The translations under genes were made by a program, and so were the position numbers. DNA of 64,000 bases, from assembly GCA_963678315.1 (NCBI GenBank), contig OY782781.1, positions 1,568,001 through 1,632,000 on the forward strand, in the 5' to 3' direction. The notes under the pieces are model-generated. The model searched no databases and was not told the DNA's origin. It was given only the letters and a program-made list of their open reading frames with translations. Shown here in pieces: positions 1 through 10,444 of the stretch; position 1 is the stretch's first letter; every line of letters begins with the position of its first letter. Source of the stretch: Candidatus Cloacimonadales bacterium (GTDB lineage: Bacteria > Cloacimonadota > Cloacimonadia > Cloacimonadales > JAFGVF01).

Positions 1-134
1 CGCATGTTCATATAAAAACTTCAGGAACAAGTAAGAAAGTATTAAAAATGTATAATATATAAATTATTATAAAACATTGATAAAATATAATATAGAGATA
101 ATAGAAAATAAGAAAATAAAAAATATAAGAAAAA

Positions 135-152
135 TATTTGCATATGAACATA
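135..152. promoter_or_regulatory. Imperfect palindrome TATTTGCATATGAACATA, candidate operator upstream of the DUF5320/NifX-like genes
   Basis: Dyad centred on CATATG. ATATGAACAT (142-151) is the exact reverse complement of ATGTTCATAT at 4-13. Confidence 0.45.
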
Positions 153-196
153 AGTTAGATATATTTAATAAATAAAAAAATAAAAGGAGAATAATT

Positions 197-349
197 ATGC
201 CTAATGGTGACAGAACAGGTCCTCAAGGAAAAGGACCAAGAACAGGACGTGGATTAGGAAAATCAGTTGGAAACAAAAGTGGAAGAGACAGTAATAAGCC
301 CGGTCGTGGCTCAGGAATGGGATTAAGAAGAAACGATAAATCTAAATAA
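197..349 (+). CDS. Small Gly/Arg-rich protein, DUF5320 family (50 aa, missing from the ORF track)
   Basis: Hand translation gives MPNGDRTGPQGKGPRTGRGLGKSVG...NDKSK*. RBS AAGGAG upstream. The MPxGDRTGPxGxGPRTGRGLG start is typical of DUF5320, which often neighbours NifB/NifX-like genes. Confidence 0.85.
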   Translation: MPNGDRTGPQGKGPRTGRGLGKSVGNKSGRDSNKPGRGSGMGLRRNDKSK

Positions 350-358
350 GCTTGAAAA

Positions 359-384
359 GAGTGGGTGTCTACGGATGCTCACTC
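359..384 (+). other. RNA hairpin with cUACGg tetraloop between the DUF5320 and NifX-like genes
   Basis: GAGTGGGTGTC-TACG-GATGCTCACTC: 11-bp stem with G-U pairs that form only on the + strand; no U-tract follows. Confidence 0.5.
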
Positions 385-427
385 AACAAATATCTATTTG
401 GATTAAAGTATTATAATAAGAGGAAAA

Positions 428-823
428 ATGGATAAATTATTGTTTGCATTTGCTAGTAATGATGGAGTTAATTTTAATAAAGAACATTTCGGCGACTCGG
501 ATTATTACTATATTTATAAGATAGGTCAAAACAGTTGTGAATATATTAAGAAGATTGCAAACACAACTACTGATATTGAAGAAGAAGTTCATGCAGATCC
601 TAAGAAAGCAGGTGGAGTATCATCTATGTTAAAGAAAGAGAATATTGATGTTGTTGTGTCAGCTGTTTTTGGTCCAAATATTAAACGAATCAAAAAGAAA
701 TTTGTATGTATAATTATTAGGAATAGAGTTTTAGATGATAGTATAGAAGTTATAAAAGACAACTATTCTAAAATTATTGGTGAGATGGGTAAAGACCAAG
801 CTAGATCTCATCTAATGCTATAG
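428..823 (+). CDS. NifB/NifX family (FeMo-cofactor biosynthesis domain) protein
   Basis: AFASNDG...EHFGDSDYYYIY and DVVVSAVFGPN motifs; RBS AGAGG. Confidence 0.8.
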   Translation: MDKLLFAFASNDGVNFNKEHFGDSDYYYIYKIGQNSCEYIKKIANTTTDIEEEVHADPKKAGGVSSMLKKENIDVVVSAVFGPNIKRIKKKFVCIIIRNRVLDDSIEVIKDNYSKIIGEMGKDQARSHLML

Positions 824-1011
824 ATTTTTATTAAACCCAGATCATGCATTAGGTTTGACGAAAATATTGCAGATTATTTCAGCAAAATAGCTTACTGAAT
901 CGAAGCTCGAATAATATATATTCTAGTTGAGATTATGGAAGTTATTATTGCCAAATAATATAGTGCTATTTTTCAAGTCCTAGTGTATTATTTGGGTTAA
1001 AGAGGATATAA

Positions 1012-2379
1012 ATGACAAAATATAATATACTTGTAATTGGGGGTGGACCTGCAGGGGTAACACTTGCCAAAATGTTAGGAAAGAAAGAGAAAGTTGCAGT
1101 AATTAGACCTGAAGACTTTAGTATGATATATTGTGCAATGCCTTACGCAGTTGAAGGTTTAATGGAACTTGAAAAGACTTTTAAGAAAGATGAAATAGTC
1201 ACAGATGCGGGTGCTGACTTAATTCGTTCAAAGGCAATCCATGTTGATTTCGATAACAAGATAGTCACTTTAGAGAGCAAGGATATAGTTGAATATGATA
1301 AACTAATTATTGCAACTGGAGCTCAGCCTTTTATTCCTCCTATCAAAGGTGCTGATTTAAAAGGAGTAAGTGGCTTTAAAACAGAAAAAGATATGAGGTT
1401 TGTAATTGAAAGCTCTCAATATGGGATTAAGAGTGCCTTAGTTGTGGGGGCAGGTGCTATTGGAATTGAACTAGCTTTGTCGCTTAGAAAATTGGGACTC
1501 AATGTGGAGTTAGTGGATATGGCTTCTTCATTATTGCCAAATCTAGTAGACCCAGAAATGTCTGAGCCGATTTACGAAGAGATAGTCAGGACTGGTATTC
1601 ATGTGCATTTGAATGCTAGAGTTGACGAATTAGTTGGTAAAGAATATGTTCAACAGGTTAAGCTTAGTAATGGCAAAGTTATTCATTTTGATACATTTGA
1701 GGACTGTAATGTAACTAATGTTGAACAGTATAGAGGACTCGTTGTCTTTGCTACTGGAATGAAACCGGTAGTAGAGCTTTTCCAAAATACTGGCTTAGAG
1801 ATTGGTAGAGACGGAATAATCATAGATAACAAAATGCAAAGCAATATCGAAGATGTCTATGCAGTAGGAGATTGTGCTCAATTCCATAGTGGGATAACAA
1901 ATGAAATTTTATCTGGAAAACTGGCAACCAATGCTGTACCAATGGCAAAAGTTCTAGGTTTTAATTTGTTAGGTCAAGATAGAACATATAAAGGTTTCTA
2001 TAATGGAGCAGCTACAAAAGTTGGAGACTATTATGTTGGTGGAACAGGACTATCTGAAGCTCATGCTGAAAAATCAGGATTCAAGGTTGCTGTTACATAT
2101 AGTGAGGTGACGACTAAATTCCCAATAATGCCAACAGCAAAGAAAGTTTCTATGAAATTAATCTTTGATAAAGTTACAAAAAGAGTTTTAGGAGGACAGG
2201 TGGTTAGTCAAGAACCTGTCACAGATAAAATAGATATTTTAACCTTAGCTATTCAAAATAACTTTGTTTTAGAACAACTGACAGAATTGAGTTATTCATC
2301 ACAGCCATATCAAAGTTATTATCCTGCAGCAAATCTAATTGTCCTAGCTGCTGAGGATGCCTTAAAGAAAATTAGTTAA
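1012..2379 (+). CDS. FAD-dependent pyridine nucleotide-disulfide oxidoreductase (NADH oxidase/CoA-disulfide reductase family)
   Basis: GGGPAG FAD motif, single redox Cys in SMIYCAMPY, ATGA, GAGAIGIE, YAVGDC and a C-terminal dimerisation domain. Confidence 0.9.
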   Translation: MTKYNILVIGGGPAGVTLAKMLGKKEKVAVIRPEDFSMIYCAMPYAVEGLMELEKTFKKDEIVTDAGADLIRSKAIHVDFDNKIVTLESKDIVEYDKLIIATGAQPFIPPIKGADLKGVSGFKTEKDMRFVIESSQYGIKSALVVGAGAIGIELALSLRKLGLNVELVDMASSLLPNLVDPEMSEPIYEEIVRTGIHVHLNARVDELVGKEYVQQVKLSNGKVIHFDTFEDCNVTNVEQYRGLVVFATGMKPVVELFQNTGLEIGRDGIIIDNKMQSNIEDVYAVGDCAQFHSGITNEILSGKLATNAVPMAKVLGFNLLGQDRTYKGFYNGAATKVGDYYVGGTGLSEAHAEKSGFKVAVTYSEVTTKFPIMPTAKKVSMKLIFDKVTKRVLGGQVVSQEPVTDKIDILTLAIQNNFVLEQLTELSYSSQPYQSYYPAANLIVLAAEDALKKIS

Positions 2380-2403
2380 GTTTTTCCCCCAGATCTAATA
2401 CCT

Positions 2404-2434
2404 AAGAGGTTGTGGAATCAATCTACAACCTCTT
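2404..2434. terminator. Intrinsic terminator between convergent genes
   Basis: AAGAGGTTGTGGA-ATCAA-TCTACAACCTCTT hairpin. Confidence 0.75.
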
Positions 2435-2467
2435 GTTTAATAAATAGTTGAATATCTTTTTTCTCCC

Positions 2468-5400
2468 TTACAAAGGATTAGATTCATTTAAAAGTTGTTC
2501 TTTAATGATTCTATTGACTTCTTGCATAGATAAAGGCTTTGCAAGAAAATCAACCATGCCAATGTCTAAACAATTCTTCTTATCCTTCTCTGAAGCATTA
2601 GCGGTTAGGGCAACAATAGGAGGATTCTTTCTATTCATCTTTGCAATAATCATCTTACTAGCAGATAAACCATCAAGAACAGGCATCTGTAAGTCCATTA
2701 AGATTAAATCAAATTGCATATTCAAAGCTTTTTCAACAGCTTCATTGCCATTGATTGCAATATCAATTCTTGCATTTGGGAGTACTTTTTTTATGACTTT
2801 GCCTATCAGCTTACGGTTAAGCTTATTATCATCTACAACTAATATACAATGTTCAGATTGACTCAATGTCTTGTATGAACTTTTAGAATTAGACTCGTTG
2901 GAGAGCTTAATACTGTTTATCTCATCGTTATCATCTTGACCACTTCTAATAGTGCTAATGAGCTTTCTCGGTTTAATTGGCTTCCTAAATAGATGGATTT
3001 TATAGTCTTTAAAGTCTGATAGTAATTGAGATTCATTGTGTGATGAATATAGTAAAATAATCTTTGTTCTAGGATAATTATCATTGATAAGTGTTATAAT
3101 TGAGCTAATTTTTTTTATACAGTCAGGTTCATGAACAATGTAATCAAGAAGAACAACATCAGGTTTCTGTTTTTTGAGAATATTAATAATATCATAGTTT
3201 TCTTGATATTCAATAACACTATGATTTGCCCGTTTTATATACTTCTCACAATATTTATGTGTTTCATAATATTTAGATAAAATCAAAATCTTTAACTGTT
3301 TTGCAGGATCTAGTTTATCTTCTATAAAATCCTTGTAGTTTACAGGAATATCAAAGCTAAAAGTAGAACCTTTATCTACTTGGCTAGTGAAAGATATGGA
3401 ACCACCCATTTGTTCAATTAAACTTTTTGATATTATTAAACCTAAACCTGTGCCACCATAATTTCTAGTAATTGTGTTATCTGCTTGAGAAAAGGCTTTG
3501 AAAAGTCTGTTTGTATTAGTCGCATCAATGCCTATTCCGGTATCTATTACTTTGAAAGTAAGTTTTCCATGAGAGGAATCAATTTTCTGGAAATTAACAT
3601 CTAATTTAACAGAGCCCTTTTTAGTGAACTTAAAAGCATTAGACAATAGATTAGTAAGAATTTGTTGAAGTCTTAAAGAATCAATCTCGACAGTATCAGG
3701 TATAATTTCATTGTAATCAAGGTAGAAATCCAAGTTTCTCTTAGAGGCAGTTAGCTGGAAATTATCAAGTATTTGTTCAAGAAAATCAAGCAAATGCTCA
3801 TCTTGATAATATAAGCTAAACTTACCCGATTCAATTTTAGAGAAATCGAGAATGTCGTTAACAATCTGTAATAAATCTTTTGCTGATCGGTTTGCGAAGC
3901 TAATATATTGACGTTGATTAGTGTCAAGTTTAGTATCTAAGACAATGTCAGTAAAACCAATCATACTATTAATCGGAGTTCTGATTTCATGACTCATATT
4001 GGCGATAAATTCAGACTTAGATTTGTTGGCTTCATAAGATGTCCTAGCATATTCTTGAGCAATTTTAGTCTTCTTTGTAAGTTGTTGGTTAACCTTAATT
4101 AACTGGTTCTCGGCAATCAGTTTTGAAGTAATATTAATGTATATTGGAGCAAAAGTTTCTAGCATGTTTATTTCTTTACTAGTTATAGTTTTTTTTACAT
4201 CAAAGAAGCTTGCACCAATAAAGCCTGACGGAGTGTTATTTCTAAATATTGGTACTACAACTAAGCTTTTAACTGGTCGACCTTGTAATTTATCTAATAA
4301 TGATTTTGGGGCTTCATTTATAAAGTCAGAAAAAATAATCGTTTCACCATTTCGCAATGCATTAACAATGGACTCATTTTTGGATAGTCCTATTGAACTA
4401 AGGGTATTAGCTAAATGACTATATTTCTTGGAGTACCAATCGTAATTAGTTTGAGAAAGGTGGTTTTCAAAATCGTAAGCATAAATATAAACTCTATCAG
4501 CTTGCATGACCTTGCCAATTTTCCCTAACACTGAATTGAACTTATTATCAACATCTTTAGAATTAATGTCTATCAAGTCTGTTGTGAAATCTCTGATTAA
4601 TCTATTAAAATCAATTACATTGTGAAGTTCTTTATTTATTTGAACTTGATCTGTTAAATCAGTAAAAGTAGTTAAAAGATATTTTTGTTTGTTCAATTCA
4701 AAGACTCGAGAATAAAGCTTGCCCTGACAAATATTCCCTTGTTTTGTGTAAATAGAAACAGGAACTTCAGAGCTAATAGATGAGGAAGTGATAAGTTTTT
4801 TTATATCGGTAAATATTTCTAAATCACTGATTAACCCAAGTTCATAAAAATTATTACCTATTACCTCTTCTTCAGTGTAACCTAATGTTTTAGTGAAATT
4901 ATGATTTATATCTAAATATGCCAAAGTATCAAAATCACATAGTGCGATAGGATTTGGAACATTATTTATCATATATTTAAATTTTAAATCACTCTCATCT
5001 TTAGCACCAGAGAGATGCTTAACTCTTCTTCTCCAGAAGAATACAACAAATATAATAGTTAAAAATAGAAGAATTACGACAAGAGCAATGATGACAAAAT
5101 CTTGAATGTTTAAGCCGTATTGAAAATCGATACCAATCCAATTATTGAGTATTTCTTGCTTATTTTGTTCAGTAGTAGCAGATAGTGATTTATTTATTAT
5201 AGATGCAATTTCAGGCCAATCTTTTCTTACAGCAATTCTTTGATTCTTACAATTAAAAGGTGTAGGACCTAAAATCTTAAACCCAGAAAGATTAAGTTTA
5301 TTGATAATGTGAGTGCCAACAACCAAATCGCCTACATAAGCGTCAACTTGTCCTGATTTAACGTGTAGAAAGCATTGTTCAACAGCATTTTCATGTTCAA

Positions 5401-5920
5401 CAGTTTGAATATTAATTTTTGGATAAAAGCGACTAATATCTTGTTTCAAAGCATAGCCTTCAGGAATAGCAATAGTTTTATTTTCAAGATTCCCCAAACC
5501 ATCAATATCATCTCTATTTGAAAGAGTGAAAATAACATTGTGAAGATCAATATAACCATCAGAGAAAGCTAAAAAATTCTCCCTTTCAGAAGTTCTTTTC
5601 ATAGTCATTGCTAAATCAAATTGTTCATGACTCTTTATTTTATCAAGTACTTGATTAAAGGTAAGATCACCGGTTGGGACAAATTGATAAGCTATACCAG
5701 TCATATCTAAAAAGTGTTTAATATAATCAACAGAAATCCCTTTAGCTTCGCCATTTTCCATAAATTCGTAAGGAGCCCAATTAGTAACTGCTATTCTAAC
5801 GACATGTTTCTTTAATAACCAATCTTCTTCAGTATTAGTTAAATTTATGTCTTGAACAGGTTTACTAAATAACGGTGTTAATAAAGCAAGAAGAACAAAG
5901 AATATTGTAACTTTTCTCAT
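2468..5920 (-). CDS. Hybrid sensor histidine kinase: signal peptide, periplasmic solute-binding domain, TM, PAS, GAF, HisKA, HATPase, two receiver-like domains
   Basis: NWAPYEF...GISVDY binding domain; H-box MSHEIRTP; NLLSNAFKFT; DTGIG; GGTGLGL; LMDLQMP and KP in the last receiver. Confidence 0.92.
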   Translation of the reverse strand: MRKVTIFFVLLALLTPLFSKPVQDINLTNTEEDWLLKKHVVRIAVTNWAPYEFMENGEAKGISVDYIKHFLDMTGIAYQFVPTGDLTFNQVLDKIKSHEQFDLAMTMKRTSERENFLAFSDGYIDLHNVIFTLSNRDDIDGLGNLENKTIAIPEGYALKQDISRFYPKINIQTVEHENAVEQCFLHVKSGQVDAYVGDLVVGTHIINKLNLSGFKILGPTPFNCKNQRIAVRKDWPEIASIINKSLSATTEQNKQEILNNWIGIDFQYGLNIQDFVIIALVVILLFLTIIFVVFFWRRRVKHLSGAKDESDLKFKYMINNVPNPIALCDFDTLAYLDINHNFTKTLGYTEEEVIGNNFYELGLISDLEIFTDIKKLITSSSISSEVPVSIYTKQGNICQGKLYSRVFELNKQKYLLTTFTDLTDQVQINKELHNVIDFNRLIRDFTTDLIDINSKDVDNKFNSVLGKIGKVMQADRVYIYAYDFENHLSQTNYDWYSKKYSHLANTLSSIGLSKNESIVNALRNGETIIFSDFINEAPKSLLDKLQGRPVKSLVVVPIFRNNTPSGFIGASFFDVKKTITSKEINMLETFAPIYINITSKLIAENQLIKVNQQLTKKTKIAQEYARTSYEANKSKSEFIANMSHEIRTPINSMIGFTDIVLDTKLDTNQRQYISFANRSAKDLLQIVNDILDFSKIESGKFSLYYQDEHLLDFLEQILDNFQLTASKRNLDFYLDYNEIIPDTVEIDSLRLQQILTNLLSNAFKFTKKGSVKLDVNFQKIDSSHGKLTFKVIDTGIGIDATNTNRLFKAFSQADNTITRNYGGTGLGLIISKSLIEQMGGSISFTSQVDKGSTFSFDIPVNYKDFIEDKLDPAKQLKILILSKYYETHKYCEKYIKRANHSVIEYQENYDIINILKKQKPDVVLLDYIVHEPDCIKKISSIITLINDNYPRTKIILLYSSHNESQLLSDFKDYKIHLFRKPIKPRKLISTIRSGQDDNDEINSIKLSNESNSKSSYKTLSQSEHCILVVDDNKLNRKLIGKVIKKVLPNARIDIAINGNEAVEKALNMQFDLILMDLQMPVLDGLSASKMIIAKMNRKNPPIVALTANASEKDKKNCLDIGMVDFLAKPLSMQEVNRIIKEQLLNESNPL

Positions 5921-6153
5921 TATTAACCTCCTTTTAAAATAATAGTACTAACTATATCATCATAAACAAAATTGTCTATATATTTATTTAGCAATATGCT
6001 AGAATTTGAAGAGCTGAAATATAATTGGTTAAGAAGTATCAACACATCGAGAGCTTTGAAAATAAAGTATTATTGAATGGTGGATATTTAATTTGACATA
6101 TATTATTACATTATATATATAGGAAGTTCTAATACTATTAAATAGGAGACGAT

Positions 6154-6453
6154 ATGCAAAATCAAAAAAAGATTAATTTGAAGTTAGATGAGAAAGTAGG
6201 GGAAGGAGTGTATTCAAATCTTGTGGTTATCTCACATAATCAATCAGAATTTATTATAGATTTTGGTAGATTATTACCAGGCTTGCAGGATGCTAAGATT
6301 ATGAGTAGAATTATTCAAACACCTCAGCATGCTAAACAATTGCTTAAAACACTTGAAACCAACATTAAGAATTATGAGAAGCAACATGGGGAGATTAAGA
6401 CTACTAATAATCAGTCAGATAATAAATCTATAGGATTTACTAATAAGCAGTAA
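6154..6453 (+). CDS. DUF3467 family protein
   Basis: GVYSNLVVISHNQSEFIIDF...SRII.TPQHAKQLL..L..NI..YE..HGEI pattern; RBS AGGAG; TTGACA near 6093. Confidence 0.85.
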   Translation: MQNQKKINLKLDEKVGEGVYSNLVVISHNQSEFIIDFGRLLPGLQDAKIMSRIIQTPQHAKQLLKTLETNIKNYEKQHGEIKTTNNQSDNKSIGFTNKQ

Positions 6454-6480
6454 TCAATGAACACCTAAAAAGGATCAAAA

Positions 6481-7524
6481 ATGGGTTATAAGACGAAAGC
6501 AATAGTTATTTCAGTTATGTTTTTATCATTGCTAGTTGGAATATACTTCTTTTATAAAGCCAACAACAAGGAATCAATCTCGATCAATTCTACCAAACAC
6601 GTTAAAGAATTGCAGGAAGGTATACAGTATGTTCTTGAAATTGATTCCTCTAACTTAAAAGAACACAATATAGAAGAGGCTCGGGAAAATATTATAAAAG
6701 TGATTGAAAAGAGGTTAATATCAACGAAAATTGAAAGCTACAATATATTCAAAGTTTCTAACAATAGGATAACCTTACAAGTTCCTTATATGAATGACTC
6801 TGGAAGATTGATTGAATTGGTAGCTATAAGGGGTAATCTTGAATTCAAACTTGTTGAAACAACTCTTAACAGAGATAGAACTATCAATGCAATTGATAAG
6901 TATTTTGTTAAAAACAACCTTGAAGATATCAAAAGTATAGCTGAAGAGAACAATCTTCCTGAAATGGAAGCTTACCAAAAAGTTAAGCCATTCTCTGAGT
7001 TTATTGTAGAAAATGGGTTAATAAGACCAGCATATATTAATTATATGCAACCATACTTTGATTCACTATTTGTATCCAGGAAAATTGTAAGAAGTGATGC
7101 TCAAATTGCTTTGCAAAAGGTTGATAATGAGACAAGAGAAAACAAAGGACTCCCTTTTATTGTATTAAACTCTAATGTAGAATTAGATGGAAGAGACATC
7201 AGTGATGCAAGTTGGAGCTATAGTAACAATAGTTCTGAGCTAAAACGTAACCCAACCCGTGAAATCAACCTTAGTTTTGACAAAGAAGGTGCTGCAATAT
7301 TCTCAAAAGTTACTGGAGATAATGTTGGTAGACAACTTGCTATCATGTTAGATAATTTAGTTTATTCAGCTCCAAGAATTAATGGTAAGATTTCTGGTGG
7401 AAGAGCTCAGATTACTGGTTATTTCACTATTGAAGAGGCAAGAGACCTTGCAAATATTCTTAATAGTGGTGCTTTATCAGCTCCAATAAGACTAATCTCG
7501 AATGAACATTTTTCTAATAAATAG
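6481..7524 (+). CDS. Truncated SecD paralog (one TM plus periplasmic P1 domain only)
   Basis: Long near-identical blocks shared with the downstream SecD (VENGLIRPAYINYMQPYFDSLFV; YSAPRINGKISGGRAQITG). Stops before TM2-6. Confidence 0.8.
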   Translation: MGYKTKAIVISVMFLSLLVGIYFFYKANNKESISINSTKHVKELQEGIQYVLEIDSSNLKEHNIEEARENIIKVIEKRLISTKIESYNIFKVSNNRITLQVPYMNDSGRLIELVAIRGNLEFKLVETTLNRDRTINAIDKYFVKNNLEDIKSIAEENNLPEMEAYQKVKPFSEFIVENGLIRPAYINYMQPYFDSLFVSRKIVRSDAQIALQKVDNETRENKGLPFIVLNSNVELDGRDISDASWSYSNNSSELKRNPTREINLSFDKEGAAIFSKVTGDNVGRQLAIMLDNLVYSAPRINGKISGGRAQITGYFTIEEARDLANILNSGALSAPIRLISNEHFSNK

Positions 7525-7672
7525 AAAATGATTGACATATAGTGCATTTAATTCAAAATTAATTTTCTTGACTGATTGAATGCTAAATAAGATATTGTAT
7601 TAATTTCCAATGATAAAAGGATTTTAGTAAAAAAATATTATAAATTTTTAATAATACATGAGGGAGTTATCG

Positions 7673-9238
7673 ATGAGAAATTCAACATTTAACAGAGTTC
7701 TAATAGCTGTGTTTTTGATTGTTACCGCATACTTTATGTATGTGATGTTCGATAATGAATCACCTGTAAATTTCGCTAATAAGAAATTAAATTTAGGTCT
7801 AGACCTTGCTGGTGGTTCATATTTTGTTCTAGAAGTAGACACTTCAGACCTTAAGGACAAAGATAGCAATGGAATCCAATCAGCATTAGATTCAAACATT
7901 GAAGTTATTCGAAATCGTGTGGACAAATTTGGTTTAACTGAACCAGTTATCCAACAAAAAGGTGAAAAACAAATTATTGTTCAATTACCTGGTATGAAAG
8001 ATGCAACAAGAGCAAAAGAACTTTTAGGTAGTACAGCTATTCTTGAGTTCAAACTTGTTGAATCATCTCTTAACAGAGACAGAACTATCAAAGCAATTGA
8101 TAAGTATTTTGCAGAACACAATCTTGAAGATATCAAGACTATTGCTGAAGAAATGAATCTTCCTGCAATGGTTGAAAACCAAGAAAGCAAACCATTCTCA
8201 ACATTTATAGTTGAAAATGGATTAATTAGACCTGCTTACATTAATTACATGCAACCATACTTTGATTCTTTATTTGTTACTAAGAAGATAGTTAAAAAAG
8301 ACTATCAAATTGCTTTACAAAAAGTTGATAAAGAAACAAGAGAAACTAAAGGTCTTCCTTATGTAGTTTTAAATTCTAATGCAGAATTAGAAGGTGGAAG
8401 TTTAAGTGATGCAAGCTGGGGCTATAACAATAATAGTTCTGAATTAAAAAGTAGCACAAGTCCTGAAATCAATCTAAGCTTTGATAGAGAAGGTGCTGCA
8501 ACATTCTCAAAAGTAACAGGTGATAATGTTGGTAAACAATTAGCTATCATGTTAGATAATGTTGTTTATTCTGCTCCTAGAATTAATGGTAAGATTAGCG
8601 GTGGTAGAGCTCAGATTACTGGTTCTTTCACAGTTGAAGAAGCAAAAGACCTTGTAAACATTCTTAATAATGGTGCTTTAAAAGCTCCTCTTAAGATTGC
8701 TCAAGAATCTACAGTTGGTCCTTCATTAGGTAAAGATAGTATAGAAACTGGTAAATTTGCTGCAATTATTGGCTTGATTGCTGTTTTTGTATTCATGTTG
8801 ATTTACTACAAAGTTTCAGGTATTTATGCAAATATAGCACTTTTGTTCAATATTTGTTTTATCTTAGCAATGCTAACTATGTTTGGCGCAGCTTTAACAA
8901 TGCCTGGTATTGCTGGTATCATTCTTACAATTGGTATGGCAGTTGACGCTAACGTTCTTATATTCGAAAGAATTAAAGAAGAACTTAAAGTTGGAAAATC
9001 TGTTGGTTCAGCAATTGAGTCTGGATTTAACAGAGCTGTAATTACAATTGCTGATGCTAATATCACTACTCTTATTGCTGCTGCTGTTCTATATAACTTC
9101 GGTAGTGGTGCTATTAGAGGTTTTGCAGTTACTTTAATGATTGGTATTATTGGTTCAATGTTCTCAGCAATTATTCTTGTTAAGACAATGTTCAATCAAT
9201 TTATTGTTAGCAAAAAGAAAACTAAGTTAAGCATCTAA
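7673..9238 (+). CDS. secD: Protein translocase subunit SecD
   Basis: LGLDLAGG, VGPSLG, GMAVDANVLIFERIKEE, DANITT. Start moved to ATG 7673 behind AGGGAG. Confidence 0.97.
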   Translation: MRNSTFNRVLIAVFLIVTAYFMYVMFDNESPVNFANKKLNLGLDLAGGSYFVLEVDTSDLKDKDSNGIQSALDSNIEVIRNRVDKFGLTEPVIQQKGEKQIIVQLPGMKDATRAKELLGSTAILEFKLVESSLNRDRTIKAIDKYFAEHNLEDIKTIAEEMNLPAMVENQESKPFSTFIVENGLIRPAYINYMQPYFDSLFVTKKIVKKDYQIALQKVDKETRETKGLPYVVLNSNAELEGGSLSDASWGYNNNSSELKSSTSPEINLSFDREGAATFSKVTGDNVGKQLAIMLDNVVYSAPRINGKISGGRAQITGSFTVEEAKDLVNILNNGALKAPLKIAQESTVGPSLGKDSIETGKFAAIIGLIAVFVFMLIYYKVSGIYANIALLFNICFILAMLTMFGAALTMPGIAGIILTIGMAVDANVLIFERIKEELKVGKSVGSAIESGFNRAVITIADANITTLIAAAVLYNFGSGAIRGFAVTLMIGIIGSMFSAIILVKTMFNQFIVSKKKTKLSI

Positions 9239-9250
9239 GAGGTAATAGTA

Positions 9251-10300
9251 ATGAAAAATTTTAAATTTATATATAATCGTAAGATAACTTATGTTATTTC
9301 AACAATATTAGTACTAACAAGTATTATTGCCTTAGTTGTAAAAGGTCCTAACTGGAGTATTGACTTTACTGGTGGACAACAAATCATGGTTAAAATTGAC
9401 CCTACTACAGAAGGTCAAGCAAAGATTGATGTTGAAACAGTAAGACAAGCTTTGGAGAAAGAAGGTCTAAGTGAAGCAAACATTCAAGAGCTTTCATATA
9501 AACTAACTTCTGGTGATGAAGATGGAACTTCTTCAGAGAATTCAGCTATGTTTGTAATTAAAACAACTGAAGATGAAGAAGCTGTTGCTGAAGAAGCTAC
9601 TGAAGCTGGTGAAAAGAAAGTTGAAAAGACTGAGATTAAAGCTCAAAGTTCATTAGAAAGTTCAAATATTATTACAGCTATCCAAAAGAATATCCCTAAT
9701 TATAAGGTAGATATGGATGGTTCAAATATTGAAATTGTTAAGAGTTCAATCGGTAAAGAACTAAAAGATAAAGCTTGGAAATCAGTGTTGATTTCATTAT
9801 TATTGATGGTTCTTTATATTGGTATCAGATTCCAATTTAACTTTGGTATTGCTGCTATTATTGCTCTTTTCCATGATGTTACAATTACACTTGGTGTATT
9901 CTGTATTCTTGGTTTAGATGTATCAGCTGCAATCATTGCTGCTCTTCTTTCTATAGTTGGTTACTCAATCAATGATACTATTGTGGTATTTGATAGAATT
10001 AGAGAAGATTTAAGAAAGAGAAAAGCTGACCAAGATTTAGATTCTGTATTTAATACATCTATTAACAGAACTTTAAGTCGTACAATTATCACATCATGTA
10101 CTACATTGTTAGCAGCAGTTGCATTATATGTATTTGCTGGTATCGTAATCAGAGATTTTGCATTTGCAATAATCATTGGTACTTTGATTGGTACTTATTC
10201 TTCAATCTTTGTGGCTAGTCCACTAGTTCTTGATTATTTCCATTCACAAAAAAATGATTCTCATGTTTTCAGTAGAATCATGAACAGAAAAAAGAAATAA
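9251..10300 (+). CDS. secF: Protein translocase subunit SecF
   Basis: IDFTGG, ALFHDV, GYSINDTIVVFDRIRE, GTYSSIFVASP. Confidence 0.97.
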   Translation: MKNFKFIYNRKITYVISTILVLTSIIALVVKGPNWSIDFTGGQQIMVKIDPTTEGQAKIDVETVRQALEKEGLSEANIQELSYKLTSGDEDGTSSENSAMFVIKTTEDEEAVAEEATEAGEKKVEKTEIKAQSSLESSNIITAIQKNIPNYKVDMDGSNIEIVKSSIGKELKDKAWKSVLISLLLMVLYIGIRFQFNFGIAAIIALFHDVTITLGVFCILGLDVSAAIIAALLSIVGYSINDTIVVFDRIREDLRKRKADQDLDSVFNTSINRTLSRTIITSCTTLLAAVALYVFAGIVIRDFAFAIIIGTLIGTYSSIFVASPLVLDYFHSQKNDSHVFSRIMNRKKK

Positions 10301-10335
10301 TAGAATGTAATATAGTTTAAGTGATTTTCACTTAG

Positions 10336-10367
10336 GAGTGTAGTTTTTATAACTACACTCTTTTTTT
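10336..10367 (+). terminator. Rho-independent terminator after secF
   Basis: GAGTGTAGTT-TTTAT-AACTACACTC followed by T7. Confidence 0.85.
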
Positions 10368-10444
10368 ATGTATAAATATTTATCTGATTTTTATTGACTT
10401 ATTCTGCTTGGTTAAAAAATGAGAAAAAAACTTCTGGAGAATAA

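Noticed and set aside
428..823. Nitrogen fixation gene
   Set aside because: NifX-like domains are common in non-diazotrophic anaerobes; no nifHDK here.
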